64,000 nucleotides of DNA. Origin: Podarcis filfolensis. Lineage: Eukaryota. This document shows, piece by piece, positions 38,235 through 49,005 of the stretch. The first letter of the stretch is position 1. Every line of letters starts with the position of its first letter. The notes under the pieces were generated by a model. The model was not told where the DNA came from. It searched no databases and saw nothing but the letters and a program-made list of their open reading frames with translations. The stretch lies in assembly GCA_964270895.1 (NCBI GenBank), contig OZ185438.1; one strand, given 5' to 3'. A program made the translations under genes and the position numbers.

Positions 38235-39925
38235 GAGGCTATTACTATTAAGAGAGTTAATATGGACAAATAGTGGGCAGCTTACAGGGAATTGCTGTGG
38301 GACGCAAACTGAAATCAATGGAAAATGTAAGGAGCCATGTTACGGACTGGTTACAATATCATCAGTTACATGAAATGTTTAAATTAGATAGAAAAAAAAT
38401 GTTTTTTCGAACCAAAGCTCACAATTCAAAAAAGAACTTCTACAAAACAAAGAGAAACTTTTGTCTAAAATGTATAATCTGTTATTGGACTGGGAAACAA
38501 AAGGCGGGCAGTAGATATAGGACACAATATAGATTTTAACCTCTGGGAAAAACTCTGGAAAAGTGACTTGAAGTTTACAGCATGTTATTCTTTGAAGGAG
38601 AACTACTTGAAAATGATTCACATGTGGCATTTAACTCCGAGTAGGCTTGCTAAGATGTATAAGACTGAATCAGGTAAGTGTTGTAGATGCAAAGAGGTGG
38701 AGGGAACATTCTTTCATATGTGGTGGACATGTAAAAGAGTAAAAGAATACTGGGAAATGATCCATAATGAATTGGAAAAAAAAGTTTAAATGTACTTTCC
38801 CTCCGAAAATAGAGTCCTTTCTGTAGGGGATAATTCAGACTGAAATTCCCAGGTGTCAAAAAAGGTTATTTATGTATGCTACTACTGCGGCCCGTGTTTT
38901 GTTAGCCTGAAGATGGAAAACGAGCAAGGTCCCAACCAAAGAAGAATGGCAACTTAAGATGATAGAATATGAACAACTTGCAGGCTTAACATATAGAAGA
39001 AGAGAACAAGAACATATGTTTAAAGAAGATTGGAAAAATTGCTAAATTGTACAAAACAAATTCTAAAATGTGTTGGAAATGTAAAGAGAAAGAGGGCACT
39101 TTCTATCAGATGTGGTGGACATGTATTTTGGTAAAGGCTTTCTGAGAAATGATATATAACGAGTTAAAGAAAATATTTAAAAATACATTTGTCAAAAAAC
39201 CAGAAGCCTTTTTACTAGGTATAATAGGTGAAGAGTTCCCAAGAGAAGATAAAAAACTTTTTATGTATGCAACGACGGCAGCGAGAATGCTACTAGCCCA
39301 GAGATGGGAAGAAGGAAGAAGGAGAAGTACCAGCAAAAGAAGAATGGCAGGTGAAACTGATGGAGTATGCGGAAACGGCAAAACTGACATTTCTAAAGAA
39401 TGGATTAAATTTGTAATTTATTTAAAAGACCACTGTAAACAGTTAAAAACTTTGGCAGGGATGTAAAGACACTTGTAATGTGAAATTTAAAATGGTAATT
39501 ATGGTTATATAATAGATAGATAAGGGTAAAAGATGCAGTAAATTTAATCTTAAAGATGGAACCCATGGAGGGAGGGAAGGCGGTCTAAGGGTTTGAAAGA
39601 ACTCTGTATTGTAAAGTTTGAAATGGTTTTGTTTTATATGTATAATTTTTTTCAAAAACTTAATATAAATTATTTTAAAAAGGAAAATGTTTATTGAATA
39701 TATGGGAAATAATTGTGTACAGCTGAAATCGCTGGCAGCATTAAGATAAATTCAACAGTATAAATAAGTTTTGATGGATGCAATAATGGAATACTGAATG
39801 GTATAGTTTTTGTAAAATATGCAGGGATTTCTGATATGTAAAATGAACCATGGAAAGAGTAGAAGGGAAGTCACTGATATATTAAGGATGTAAAATGAGT
39901 ATTTTAAATTGTAAAACAGAATATA
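38235..39925 (+). mobile_element. L1-clade LINE 3' portion (outer copy; interrupted at 39037/39682)
   Basis: ORF2 C-terminal zinc knuckle CCRCKEVEGTFFHMWWTC; the frame EHMFKEDWK|MFIEYMGNNCVQLKSLAALR* resumes after the insert, followed by 3' UTR. Left boundary approximate. Confidence 0.85.
39038..39681 (+). mobile_element. L1-clade LINE 3' end (inner copy, different subfamily)
   Basis: Zinc knuckle CWKCKEKEGTFYQMWWTC, C-terminus EWIKFVIYLKDHCKQLKTLAGM*, AT-rich 3' UTR; flanked by direct repeat ggaaaa (39032-39037, 39682-39687). Confidence 0.85.
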
Positions 39926-40103
39926 TATAGAGAGAGAGAGATAGGAGAGCAGGAAGTATGGAGAAAGAGCTTGCTTAATTCTCCATTGTTCCAAAACAAA
40001 GGTGAGCTGTTTTAGGTGAGATATTCAGGGAGAATGAGCTCTAGGACTGTTATGAGTTTCTCAGATACAAATGACATAATATTGTATATACAAATAGTTT
40101 ATG

Positions 40104-40104
<1 letters not shown>

Positions 40105-40150
<46 letters not shown>
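40105..40150 (+). repeat. (TA)n microsatellite
   Basis: Direct. Confidence 0.97.
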
Positions 40151-40151
<1 letters not shown>

Positions 40152-42390
40152 CTCTGTTTTTCTTGCGGAAAAAAGAAAATGAAAATTGAGAAAAATAATT
40201 AATTCACAATGAGTTGGCAGAAATGTCGTCGCCCCTCCCCCCCCCCCCCCCGTGCGGCTGCAAGCATTTTGCGGTTGTCTTATCTGTGTTGCTGGGCAAA
40301 CCTGCATGTACCACTGGGTAGAAAAGAACTCCAGTTACAGCATTCATAGTCGGGGAGCACAGGAGAATCTGTTGGAGATGGGAGACTGATGGAATGATCC
40401 TGTGAAAGCATGGAATACTTTGTGAAGAGCTTGTCTGAGGGATGCTGGACAACTTGCAAGACTTCTGGACTCAGAGAGCCAAGGCAGCTGCAGAACTTAG
40501 CCACTGGGCTTTGCACTTGCTGTGTGGACTAAGGAAGGATTTTGTAAACTAGAACCCTCTCTGGGCTCAGAGAGTAAAGCCTTGTAGCAACTGTAAATAG
40601 TGTGGATTATAGCATCTGTGTTTCTGTTTGCCAAGTAAACACCACAGTTGCTTCCTGTGGTGAGCTTAACTGCTTGACTGAATGTCTGTGGTGCCAATAG
40701 TCCATTTTGGGCAGCCAAGCCACTACTTGAAAGGGCAGCAAGACTTCTTAAATGGTGGTGGAGTGGAAAACCCTTGACTGCCTTCTATTTATTAAAGGTG
40801 AGACAGGTTTTTAATGTTTTAATTAGTTTTTTAAAAGTATTGTTTTGTTGTTTTGTTGCTTTGTTGTTCATTGACTGAAGCTTCTTTGGCAGGAAGGGAA
40901 GGATAAAAAATTGATTGATTGATTTAAAAGGTATTTAGATTCTTGCCGCCCTGCCGAAAATTCTTCAATATCTAGTGACTGACGTAACCAGTGACTAGAA
41001 GTCAAGAAAAGAAAAACTTCCTTAGGTGGCAGGCTTCAACCTAGTTACAACCTGTAATGAAATAAAACAGTGAAATCTTTGCATTACATTGCAATTTCAA
41101 TCAGATGTAACCTAATGAGTGAGATGAGTTCCTCAGCACCAGTGAGGATCAGCTGAGCTTCAATTAATGCACTGATTCAATTAAATAAAGCTTGAAACTC
41201 AGAACGTAATCCATGCTCAACCCTTGAGATTGAGTGGGAAGAAAACTAAATAAATAGTTTGTAGCTCTTGGAAAGAAAAGTAATTAATTGAATGTTAAAG
41301 GTGATTCCTTCCTACCTTGGCATTTCACAACTTTAAAGTTACATTTAGTTGCATTTGAACTAAGTATAATTGTGTTTCAGATTACACAGAAAAGAAGAAG
41401 AAACAGCAAAGATTTATGCAAGATGAGCTGATTGGCCCAATTCACACCCATCAGTTCTACAAGGGAAAATGAATTGCTGTTTCAATTACTATTGCCACCA
41501 GTTGAAGGAAGGAAAGCTGAGGCTTCACTTTTAAAATAAATATACTGATTTTGATGTTTTGAAGTAAAGCCCTACAATTGCATAAAAAAAAATTTTTAGG
41601 AGCAATACCCCAGAAAAAAAAAATTGGAAAAGGCAACCCCCCCCCCCAAATGAGGCGAGAAATACTAACAATTTTAAAGCTATTATTAAGAAGACACTTC
41701 AGCAGCTGATGGACTTTGTAAGTGGCTATTAACTTTTTGTCTCTGCTAAAAGGCTTTTTATAAAAAATGGAGGCAGAATAAAGCAAGAGAAGAGTGATGA
41801 AAGTAACATATTAGAAACTACCTAAGAAGCAATGACTAGCAATGAAGGATCATTTTGAAAAAAGCAAAGGTTAACAGACTCTCATCCTCAGCTCCTTGCT
41901 TCTAAAAATTTGAAAACATTTTAACACCGTAGCCCCTGCCCCCAACTCGCCTTGCATAGGTTTCACTTCACTCTACTATGTGAAGGAGATTTTGGCAACT
42001 GAAGTCTGTAACAGTTGTTGATTTCAAAACACCTGGGAGCAAGGTGAGCTTACTGCAAGCCTGCAGAGCTTAGAACCCAGTGACACTAGTAGCTGGTGGC
42101 ATGTTATGGTGGAGATGCTAACTTCTCAGGAGGGTTGATGGTGCTCATTTGGGGAGGAGGAAGGCAACTGCAAGGTCAGCATGGTGCAAACACAGCATTG
42201 CAATCCATCCGGCACTCTTCCTAATGCTTTTCTAGATTATTATTTTCTTTTGCGGAGAAACAGAGAGAGAACATTGTGAAACCAGGGGGCACCAGTGCAG
42301 ATCCAAACCAGAACCTCACTTCTGCCTCTTCACATTCTTAATGAAGGCAGGGGCTGGAAACCATTTTTCCCAGCACAGGACAGGTTAAAA

Positions 42391-43207
42391 GAAAGTTACC
42401 AGATATTTTTCAAAGAATCCGGGGACACTTTTTTTTTTTTGAAAAGAGAAAAAAGAAGTTATTTTTTAAAAAGGTTTTTAAAATTAAGAAGTAATATCTT
42501 CTCTTCTGTGGTCTCCTCTGTCGTGTGGCCTTCCTCTGGACCCTGGCCTGCTCTCTTGGAGCACTAGCTGCCGTGGAATAGGCTCGGGTCGGGCTTGGGC
42601 TCAGCCGTGTGTCCATGCCCTCCCAGTGCTCTCCTACCTCTCCTCCTCAGCGGCGGCGGTGGCAGCGGCATGGCAAGGTTGGGGCTCCCCTCTTTTTTGT
42701 CCTTCCTCTTTCTCTCTCTTCCTTCTCCTCCTCCTCTTCAATGTCTCCCTGCGTCAGCTCTGGGGTTTTCCTGGCCCTGGAGCGCCGCTGGGCAATCGGC
42801 CGGGCGCTCTCACACCCGGCTCAATTTGGGTCAAGGGGGGGTGTCAGCAGTTCCCCCAGTTGACGTGCCAGGTGTCCCTGGTCCCCCCTCGCAAATGGTG
42901 GTGACAGCAGCAGTCTCAGCAGCCCGGAGCCAGCCTGGTAGTGCAGTTGGCTCTGGCTGGCTTCAGGAGCTGCTCAATGCCATGGTGCCCGCCATTTTGC
43001 TTCGCTGGAAGTCCCCATATGATGTGTCTTTTGCCATTGAACCAATCACGCAACATTCATTCCCTACTAATAAATCTACAGCACTTAAAATATAAATCCG
43101 GGGACATTAAATGAAATCCGGGGACATTCTGGGGACAGATTTTGTCCGGGGACAGATTTTTAAATCCAGGGACTGTCACCAGGAAATGGGAATGTCTGGT
43201 AAGCATA
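42391..43207. mobile_element. Non-autonomous hAT-like element with GC-rich core, ~820 bp
   Basis: Core TIR ttaccaga(t/c)att at both ends; 8-bp TSD-like ggttaaaa/tgttaaaa; subterminal ggggaca motifs, once on the left and four times on the right plus one degenerate copy. Confidence 0.7.
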
Positions 43208-43646
43208 TGTTAAAAGGCAATTGAAAGTGATATGTTTGAAAAATAAAATAGTATTTTCTGCTTTGAAAGCTATTACTCTGAAGCATATAATGGCAGACAT
43301 GGTGATGAATATATAAAGACAGCCTGAGAAATGTGATATTTAACCCTCATTATATACCTGCATGAATGGTGTCACTACAGAATGCAATACTTTAGTGTTT
43401 ATCAAATTGAATTGTGGTGTATGCTCAAGGGCTGTTTTGTAAAACAAATCTTGTTATTGCTTTTCACTTAGCATCTGAATCATTGAGAAGGCTCTTCAGA
43501 TCATCCTAAACATGGTATATTTCACAAACCATGAGCATCCTCTTCTATTATTTTAATTTGTATGTTGGATGCAAATCAAAGAAGTTCAATAAAAAATGAA
43601 TAAAATATTACTCAAGAGGCTGGAATTTCAAATCAACACTTTAAAG

Positions 43647-43785
43647 CAGGGATGGTGAGCCTCCAGGCCTCCATGTGTTCTTGGACTTCAACTACCATGA
43701 GCCTTGACCAGTATGGCCAGTGATCAGGGATGCTGGGAGTTGCAATTCGGTAACATCTGGGAGGGTCACAGGTTTCCTATCCCTG
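43647..43785. mobile_element. Short hAT-type MITE, 139 bp
   Basis: Termini cagggatgg / ctatccctg; imperfect internal foldback; TSD-like ctttaaag/cttaaaaa (6/8). Confidence 0.7.
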
Positions 43786-45617
43786 CTTAAAAAGATGCAC
43801 ATTTTTCATAATAACAGGGTAAAATAAGACAGGGCAACAAACAATGAATTGGACAACTTCATAGTTTACTTCTCCCACCCATTAGTCGAGGGGCTGCAAT
43901 TGAAAGAACTGAACAACAGGACACTGGGAGTGCTGGGAGTTTATGGAGCCGTCCCCAATTTGTGCCGGCAACCATGAGAGATAATTCAAGCAGGATTCAG
44001 GAGTACTATACATGCTGGTGCTCTTGATACAGAACCATAGAGGGGAAGAACTGTGGAACTAGAAAGAGATCCAGTGATAGAAGGTGGAGGTTTTCAGACT
44101 TTCAATTGTTTTGTGAGACCCCTCCACAAAAAAAACACCCACCCTTATACACATTTCTGTTTGGCCCTTATGCCCTTAAAGCACCTGGCAATCTTATCTT
44201 ATCTTATTACTTATCTGACAGGTAAAGGAGGGATTGTTAAAAGGACAACCATGTGTGATAACCATAAAAGCTGTGGAGGCTAGGAAGAAACATACCATTT
44301 AGGGCTCATCCAGACTTAGGTCTCAGCTATACAGATGCAAATAAAACATTTAAAGTGTGTTGTAAAGTGCATTATACAAATGTGACACTAGATGGCGATG
44401 GTGAGCTATGACAAATTCAATCTATTTTTCAAAACTTTTTTTTTTTAGTGTTTTTTTCACCGTGTTTTTTATATGTGTCTAGATTCCACCTTACACACAT
44501 CCCACCCCTTTCCCTCTGGAAAAACCCAATCTTCACCATTGAATCAGAGCAATTGTCAACTGGGTTTTCCATGGGTTGATGTTTGCTTCGATTCAGCGCT
44601 AAAGAACAGGTTTTCCCAGGCAAAGTGGAAGCACAAACAGAAAACCACTCGAACCCATGCTTCCTAGGCATGGGACTAGCGGAAGTGAGAACAAGCATTA
44701 GTCACCCATTGTAAGTTTGGCAGGTTAAAGTGACGCGGTCGTTAAAAATAATCGCCCTTTTAAGTTTACTCATTCTTCCTGTCAACTCCTTGCAGTGCTC
44801 ACAATCGTATTTTAAGAGTTTGGGATCCTTCCTATAATCAGGTGATCCTAGGTGGGGCTCTGGGATGGAATATGGATTACTGGCACGGAGATGGGGCACA
44901 ATATTGCACTGATTACTCTCCCTCTCTCTCTCCTATTCTAAGGCCCAATTCTCAAAATGGAAACCCTTGTTTTTGCAATTAAAAACATGCCTCTGTTTTG
45001 TTAGTCTCTGTAATGCATATATACCCCCCGCCTCACTTTTACAGTGGGAAAAACCACTGTTCCAAGTGAGGTGAGGTGGTTACATCCGCTTGCCCTTCCC
45101 CAATTACAGCCCTGCATCCTACACAGGATTCTATTAATTAAAAGCTGAACCTCAGTTATCAGGCAATTATGTAAAATGCATTCATTGCCAAAGGCAATTG
45201 GGGGAGAAACGTAATTTGTGATAATGAGTCTTTCCACTTATCACCTATGATTAATAAACACAATAGAAATATCATAGGTCACTAAATAGCATCGGGGTGT
45301 TTTAACAGTAGAATGACTAGCAATCTACAGGTGAGGGGGAAATGCTAAAAACTGAAACCTATTCAAGTGTCACTCCACCAGGTGAATTACTGTAATCACT
45401 GAATTTGAATTTGGTCTTTATGTATTTGCAAGGCCTTAAAGAGGAACATCTCCTTGCAGGAAGAAAAGATTTCACACAGAGAGCAAACTCTGAATGAGGA
45501 AGGCTTAGAAGTAATCTGCAGACTGCTGATCTTTAATTGCCACACAGCGATGCACAAATGTTCACAGAAACTATAGATAATTTTGCAAATCTCTCTTTTT
45601 TCATTCTCTTCCATTGT

Positions 45618-45710
45618 ACCAAACTCCAGCTCCCATAGTTCTATGGGGGAAACCATGGCTATTTTAAAATGGTACCATAGTGCTTTAAATATATGATGTG
45701 GATGTGGACA
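45618..45710. mobile_element. Terminal fragment of the foldback repeat family seen at 48770-49005
   Basis: gggggaaaccatggctattttaaaatggtaccatagtgctttaaa is reverse-complement similar to tttaaagcactaggaggccaccttaaaccgtcatggctgcccc (48797-48839). Confidence 0.5.
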
Positions 45711-46100
45711 GAATCTGTCCACCCTTTACCCTTACTACCTGGGCCCTCCATATCACACATAGATGTATGCCGATGGCACCCATCTTTTCCAAGTCCCCAG
45801 TATGCGGGCTATATATCTCTGTTTATATTTCTGTTCAGGCAAAGTGTGTGAGGCTGGCAGTGAAGAGAATAAGAGAATGAGCAGGGTATTTCCTCTTGCA
45901 TGTAGAAGTCTTGCTTCAGGATGCTTGAGGAATCGACACAGCAAAAAGTCATTTTTAGATGTTATGAATTTACACTATATGCAATTATCCATAAATCAGA
46001 CTGTCTATTCCCACAAGTCCATGTGCCATTTCAAATCCTAAAATGCAGTTTCACATATCTGTGGTTAAACTATACCTATATAATAGTGCAATGACAATAA

Positions 46101-46225
46101 ATCATAGAATTGTAGGCCCACAAGGGTCATCTAGTCCAACCTCCTGCAATGCAAGAATCTTATGCCCAACATGAGGCGTGCACCTATGACTCTGAGATTA
46201 AGAGTCTCTTGCTCTACCAGCCGAG
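46101..46225 (-). mobile_element. tRNA-Lys-derived SINE with CR1-type tail, 5'-truncated
   Basis: 46164-46224 is a degenerate reverse complement of tRNA-Lys(CTT) (gagactcttaatctcagagtc...gttgggca); tail gttggactagatgaccc...attctatgat. Confidence 0.75.
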
Positions 46226-46400
46226 GCTTGCCGATCAGAAGGTCGGCGGTTTGAATCTCCGCGACGGGGTGAGCTCCCGTTGCTCGGTCCCTGCTCCTGC
46301 CCACCTAGCAGTTCAAAAGCACGAAGTGCAAGTAGATAAATAGGTACCGCTCTGGCGTCTGCGTCTGGACCTAATGGTCAGGGGTACCTTTAACTTTAAT
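46225..46400 (+). mobile_element. Sauria SINE, 5'-truncated, with ~148-bp internal deletion
   Basis: Body aligns to the other copies up to gctctggcg (46357), then jumps to the tail tctgcgtctggacctaatgg via a 'cg' microhomology. Confidence 0.92.
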
Positions 46401-46634
46401 TTGGTTTACAACCATAATCCATTCCGGAGGTCCATTTGTAAACCAAAACAGGTTGTAACCCAAGGCGCACTTTCACCAATGGGGCCTCCCCCCCAAAAAA
46501 ATTGTTTGTTATCCAAAAAAAATGGGTTGTAATCCAAAAAAAGTTTGCAAACTGGGACACGCACTTCTGGGTTTGATATGTTTGTAATCCAAAACGTATG
46601 CAAACCAAGATGTATACAAACCAAGGTGCCACTG
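46401..46634. mobile_element. Tigger/pogo-like MITE body lacking its left terminal 10 nt
   Basis: Closely similar to 10997-11219; right TIR ccaaggtgccactg followed by TA; starts at ttggtttac directly after the SINE tail. Confidence 0.88.
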
Positions 46635-47259
46635 TACTGTTGCAAGATATGTGAGGATAATGATATGTGTCCAGGAATCAAGGTCCTCTGTTCTAGCTAT
46701 GAAACCTTTCCATAATAAATATTTTAAAAATCCAGGACTTTGCACCCAAGTGCTAATGAGCAGCACAGGACCAGTCTGCAGTGTGGTGTGTGAATCTCAG
46801 GTAAGAGTGCGAGTGAGAGAATGGGGTGGTCACTACAAACAGCCCGACTCTACTGAGAGAGCCAACACAGGCATCTCTGAAGAAGTAACCTCAAGTTTAT
46901 GAGCAGATGTCAGCACTGTGATAAACATTCTGCGCTTGTTCCTAGAAGTGAAAGACGTGACTAGCAAATACTTTATTTTCAGCTCAAGGCTGAAAGGCAC
47001 CTGGAAGGATGCATTTATGGGAGCAGAAATATTGGAAAGTGTCCTTCACTAAGCTCCACTTTACATTGCTTAAGAACAAGAGCTGCTATTGAAATCTCCA
47101 TTAGTCAAAAGGTGGCTGGTGAAGCATCTCCTCACAGGCCAGCAGTGCATGGGGGGGGGGGAATCCCAACTGAGATGCTATTAAGCCATTTCTCACTCTT
47201 TCTTCCTTGCCTTCAGCCAGAGTACGGCTCAACCAATCTCTTTCTTTTCATTACATCTA

Positions 47260-47492
47260 CAGTGGAACCTCGTGTTACGTACCGTCCTCCTTACGAACGC
47301 TTCAGGTAATGAGCTCCGCTCACCTGGAGGTAGATGCTCCTGGTAGTGAACTTTGCCCCGGGATGCGAGCGGAAGTCGTGCTCCAGTGGTGCGGAGGCCC
47401 CATTAGCTAAAGTGGTACCTCAGGTTAAGAACGGTTTCAGGTTAAGAACAGACCTCCGGAACGAATTAAGTTCATAACCGGAGATACCACTA
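47260..47492. mobile_element. Tigger/pogo-like MITE (second family)
   Basis: TA at both flanks (47258-47259, 47493-47494); TIR cagtggaacctcgtgttacg / cataaccggagataccacta; extra internal TIR-like motif agtggtacctcaggttaag at 47411. Confidence 0.8.
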
Positions 47493-47783
47493 TATCTGAA
47501 TATGCATGGTATTTACACAAACCTTGTGCAATAATTAAAACATTTTTATAGGCACGTATTTTCACCATCTTTTAATCCTGATCTCTCCTTTGATTCAATC
47601 CAGCATCTTCCTTGGCTCTCTCCTGTTCCCTCCTTTTTAGGAATCAAATTGAATGCCCTTGAATAAATTTCTGCATCTCCTGCTTTCTCTTCCTTTCCTC
47701 CTGACCAGCTAGGGTGCCTCCTTTCTCTATGGGTTTAACCTGATAATTTCTAGTGTAACCAAAGGCCTGTCTTTGAAGATCCG

Positions 47784-48144
47784 TAAAGGTAAAGGGACCC
47801 CTGACCATTAGGTCCAGACGCAGACGACTCTGGGGTTGCGGCACTCATCTCGCTTTTATTGGCCAAGGGAGCCAACATTTGTCTGCAGACAGTTTTTCCA
47901 GGTCATGTGGTCAGCATGACTAAGCCACTTCTGGCGAACCAGAGCAGCGCACGGAAATGCCGTTTACCTTCCCGCCAGAGCGGTACCTATTTATCTACTT
48001 GCACTTCGTGCTTTTGAACTGCTAGGTGGGCAGGAGCAGGGACCGAACAACGGGTGCTCACCCTGTTGTGGGGATTCGAACCGTGACCTTCCGACCGGCA
48101 AGCCCTAGGCTCTGTGATTTAGACCACAGCACCACCTGCGTCCC
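47784..48144 (-). mobile_element. Sauria SINE, full length
   Basis: Head gggacgcaggtggtgctgtgg, full body, (ACCTTT)n tail; no conventional TSD between its present flanks. Confidence 0.95.
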
Positions 48145-48157
48145 CAAGGTACCACTG
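48145..48157 (-). mobile_element. Isolated MITE left-TIR remnant cagtggtaccttg with TA
   Basis: The reverse complement reads ta|cagtggtaccttg, the terminus missing from the MITE body at 46401 with a 3-nt (ttg) overlap. Confidence 0.7.
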
Positions 48158-48769
48158 TACTAAAGAAGGGCAAACTTCTGAATGTTGCCGTGGGTTTTGC
48201 CTCACCAAAAAAATCCACACATGGCACCCTTTTATTGAGCTTAAAAATAATAAGCACGACAAGCTCAGCAAAGCACAAAGGCTGGAGTGGGCAGTACAGG
48301 AGAAAGCTGTATTTGACTAGAACTGGAGGAGTTGCTGAGTCTTCTCCCAATGACACAAGAGCAGCACACATGCTGTTAGGCAGCAAGGTGAATGCAATAA
48401 AGTTTAAGTAGCATTGGTAATGGCCGTGTAGCCCTAATAAATCCTAAGCAGACCTTCAGGTTCGTACTCTGATAATGATGTTACAACTACAGTTACGGTT
48501 TATTTATTTAACCAAGGGCAAAGTTGTTGAGTCAGAGTTTCATTTTCAAGAAAGGCCTGACAAGCCAAGTGGCAGTAATGATGCCGTACATAAGGAAGGA
48601 CTTTGCAAAATCAAACAGTCATCACGTACGTCTTTAAGAAAACAAATAAACAAACCAAAACACCCTCACCTTAAGAAGGGCACTTTAGTTTTAAATTAGG
48701 ATAAATTGAAGTAATGCAATGTGGAACATTAGGGCAGCCATTAAACAAGAAAATGAAACAGGCCTGCAC

Positions 48770-49005
48770 ACCTTGGGCCACATTCAAGCCAGGCGTTTAA
48801 AGCACTAGGAGGCCACCTTAAACCGTCATGGCTGCCCCTAAAGAATTCTGAGAGCTGAGAGCTGTTAAGAGGCCCCTATTCCTCCTGCAGAACTACAGTT
48901 CCCAGAATTCCCTGTGACGAGGTGTTGCTTGTTAAACCGCTCTGGGAACTGTAGCTCTGGAAATGGAATAGCAGTGTCCTAACATGTCTCAGCACCCTTA
49001 ACCAA
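48770..49005. mobile_element. Foldback (palindromic) non-autonomous repeat
   Basis: Inner arms 48889-48906 and 48941-48958 are 17/18 complementary; weaker outer arms extend to ~48855-48991. Confidence 0.65.

Noticed and set aside
41390-41475. Terminal-exon-like YTEKKKKQQRFMQDELIGPIHTHQFYKGK*
   Set aside because: Short, unrecognised and no upstream partner exons identified.
42595-43095. 166-aa ORF
   Set aside because: Lies inside a GC-rich, stop-poor transposon core; low complexity and no recognisable homology.
46164-46224. tRNA-Lys(CTT) gene
   Set aside because: Many substitutions, truncated 5' end and an attached CR1-type tail make it a SINE head, not a functional tRNA.
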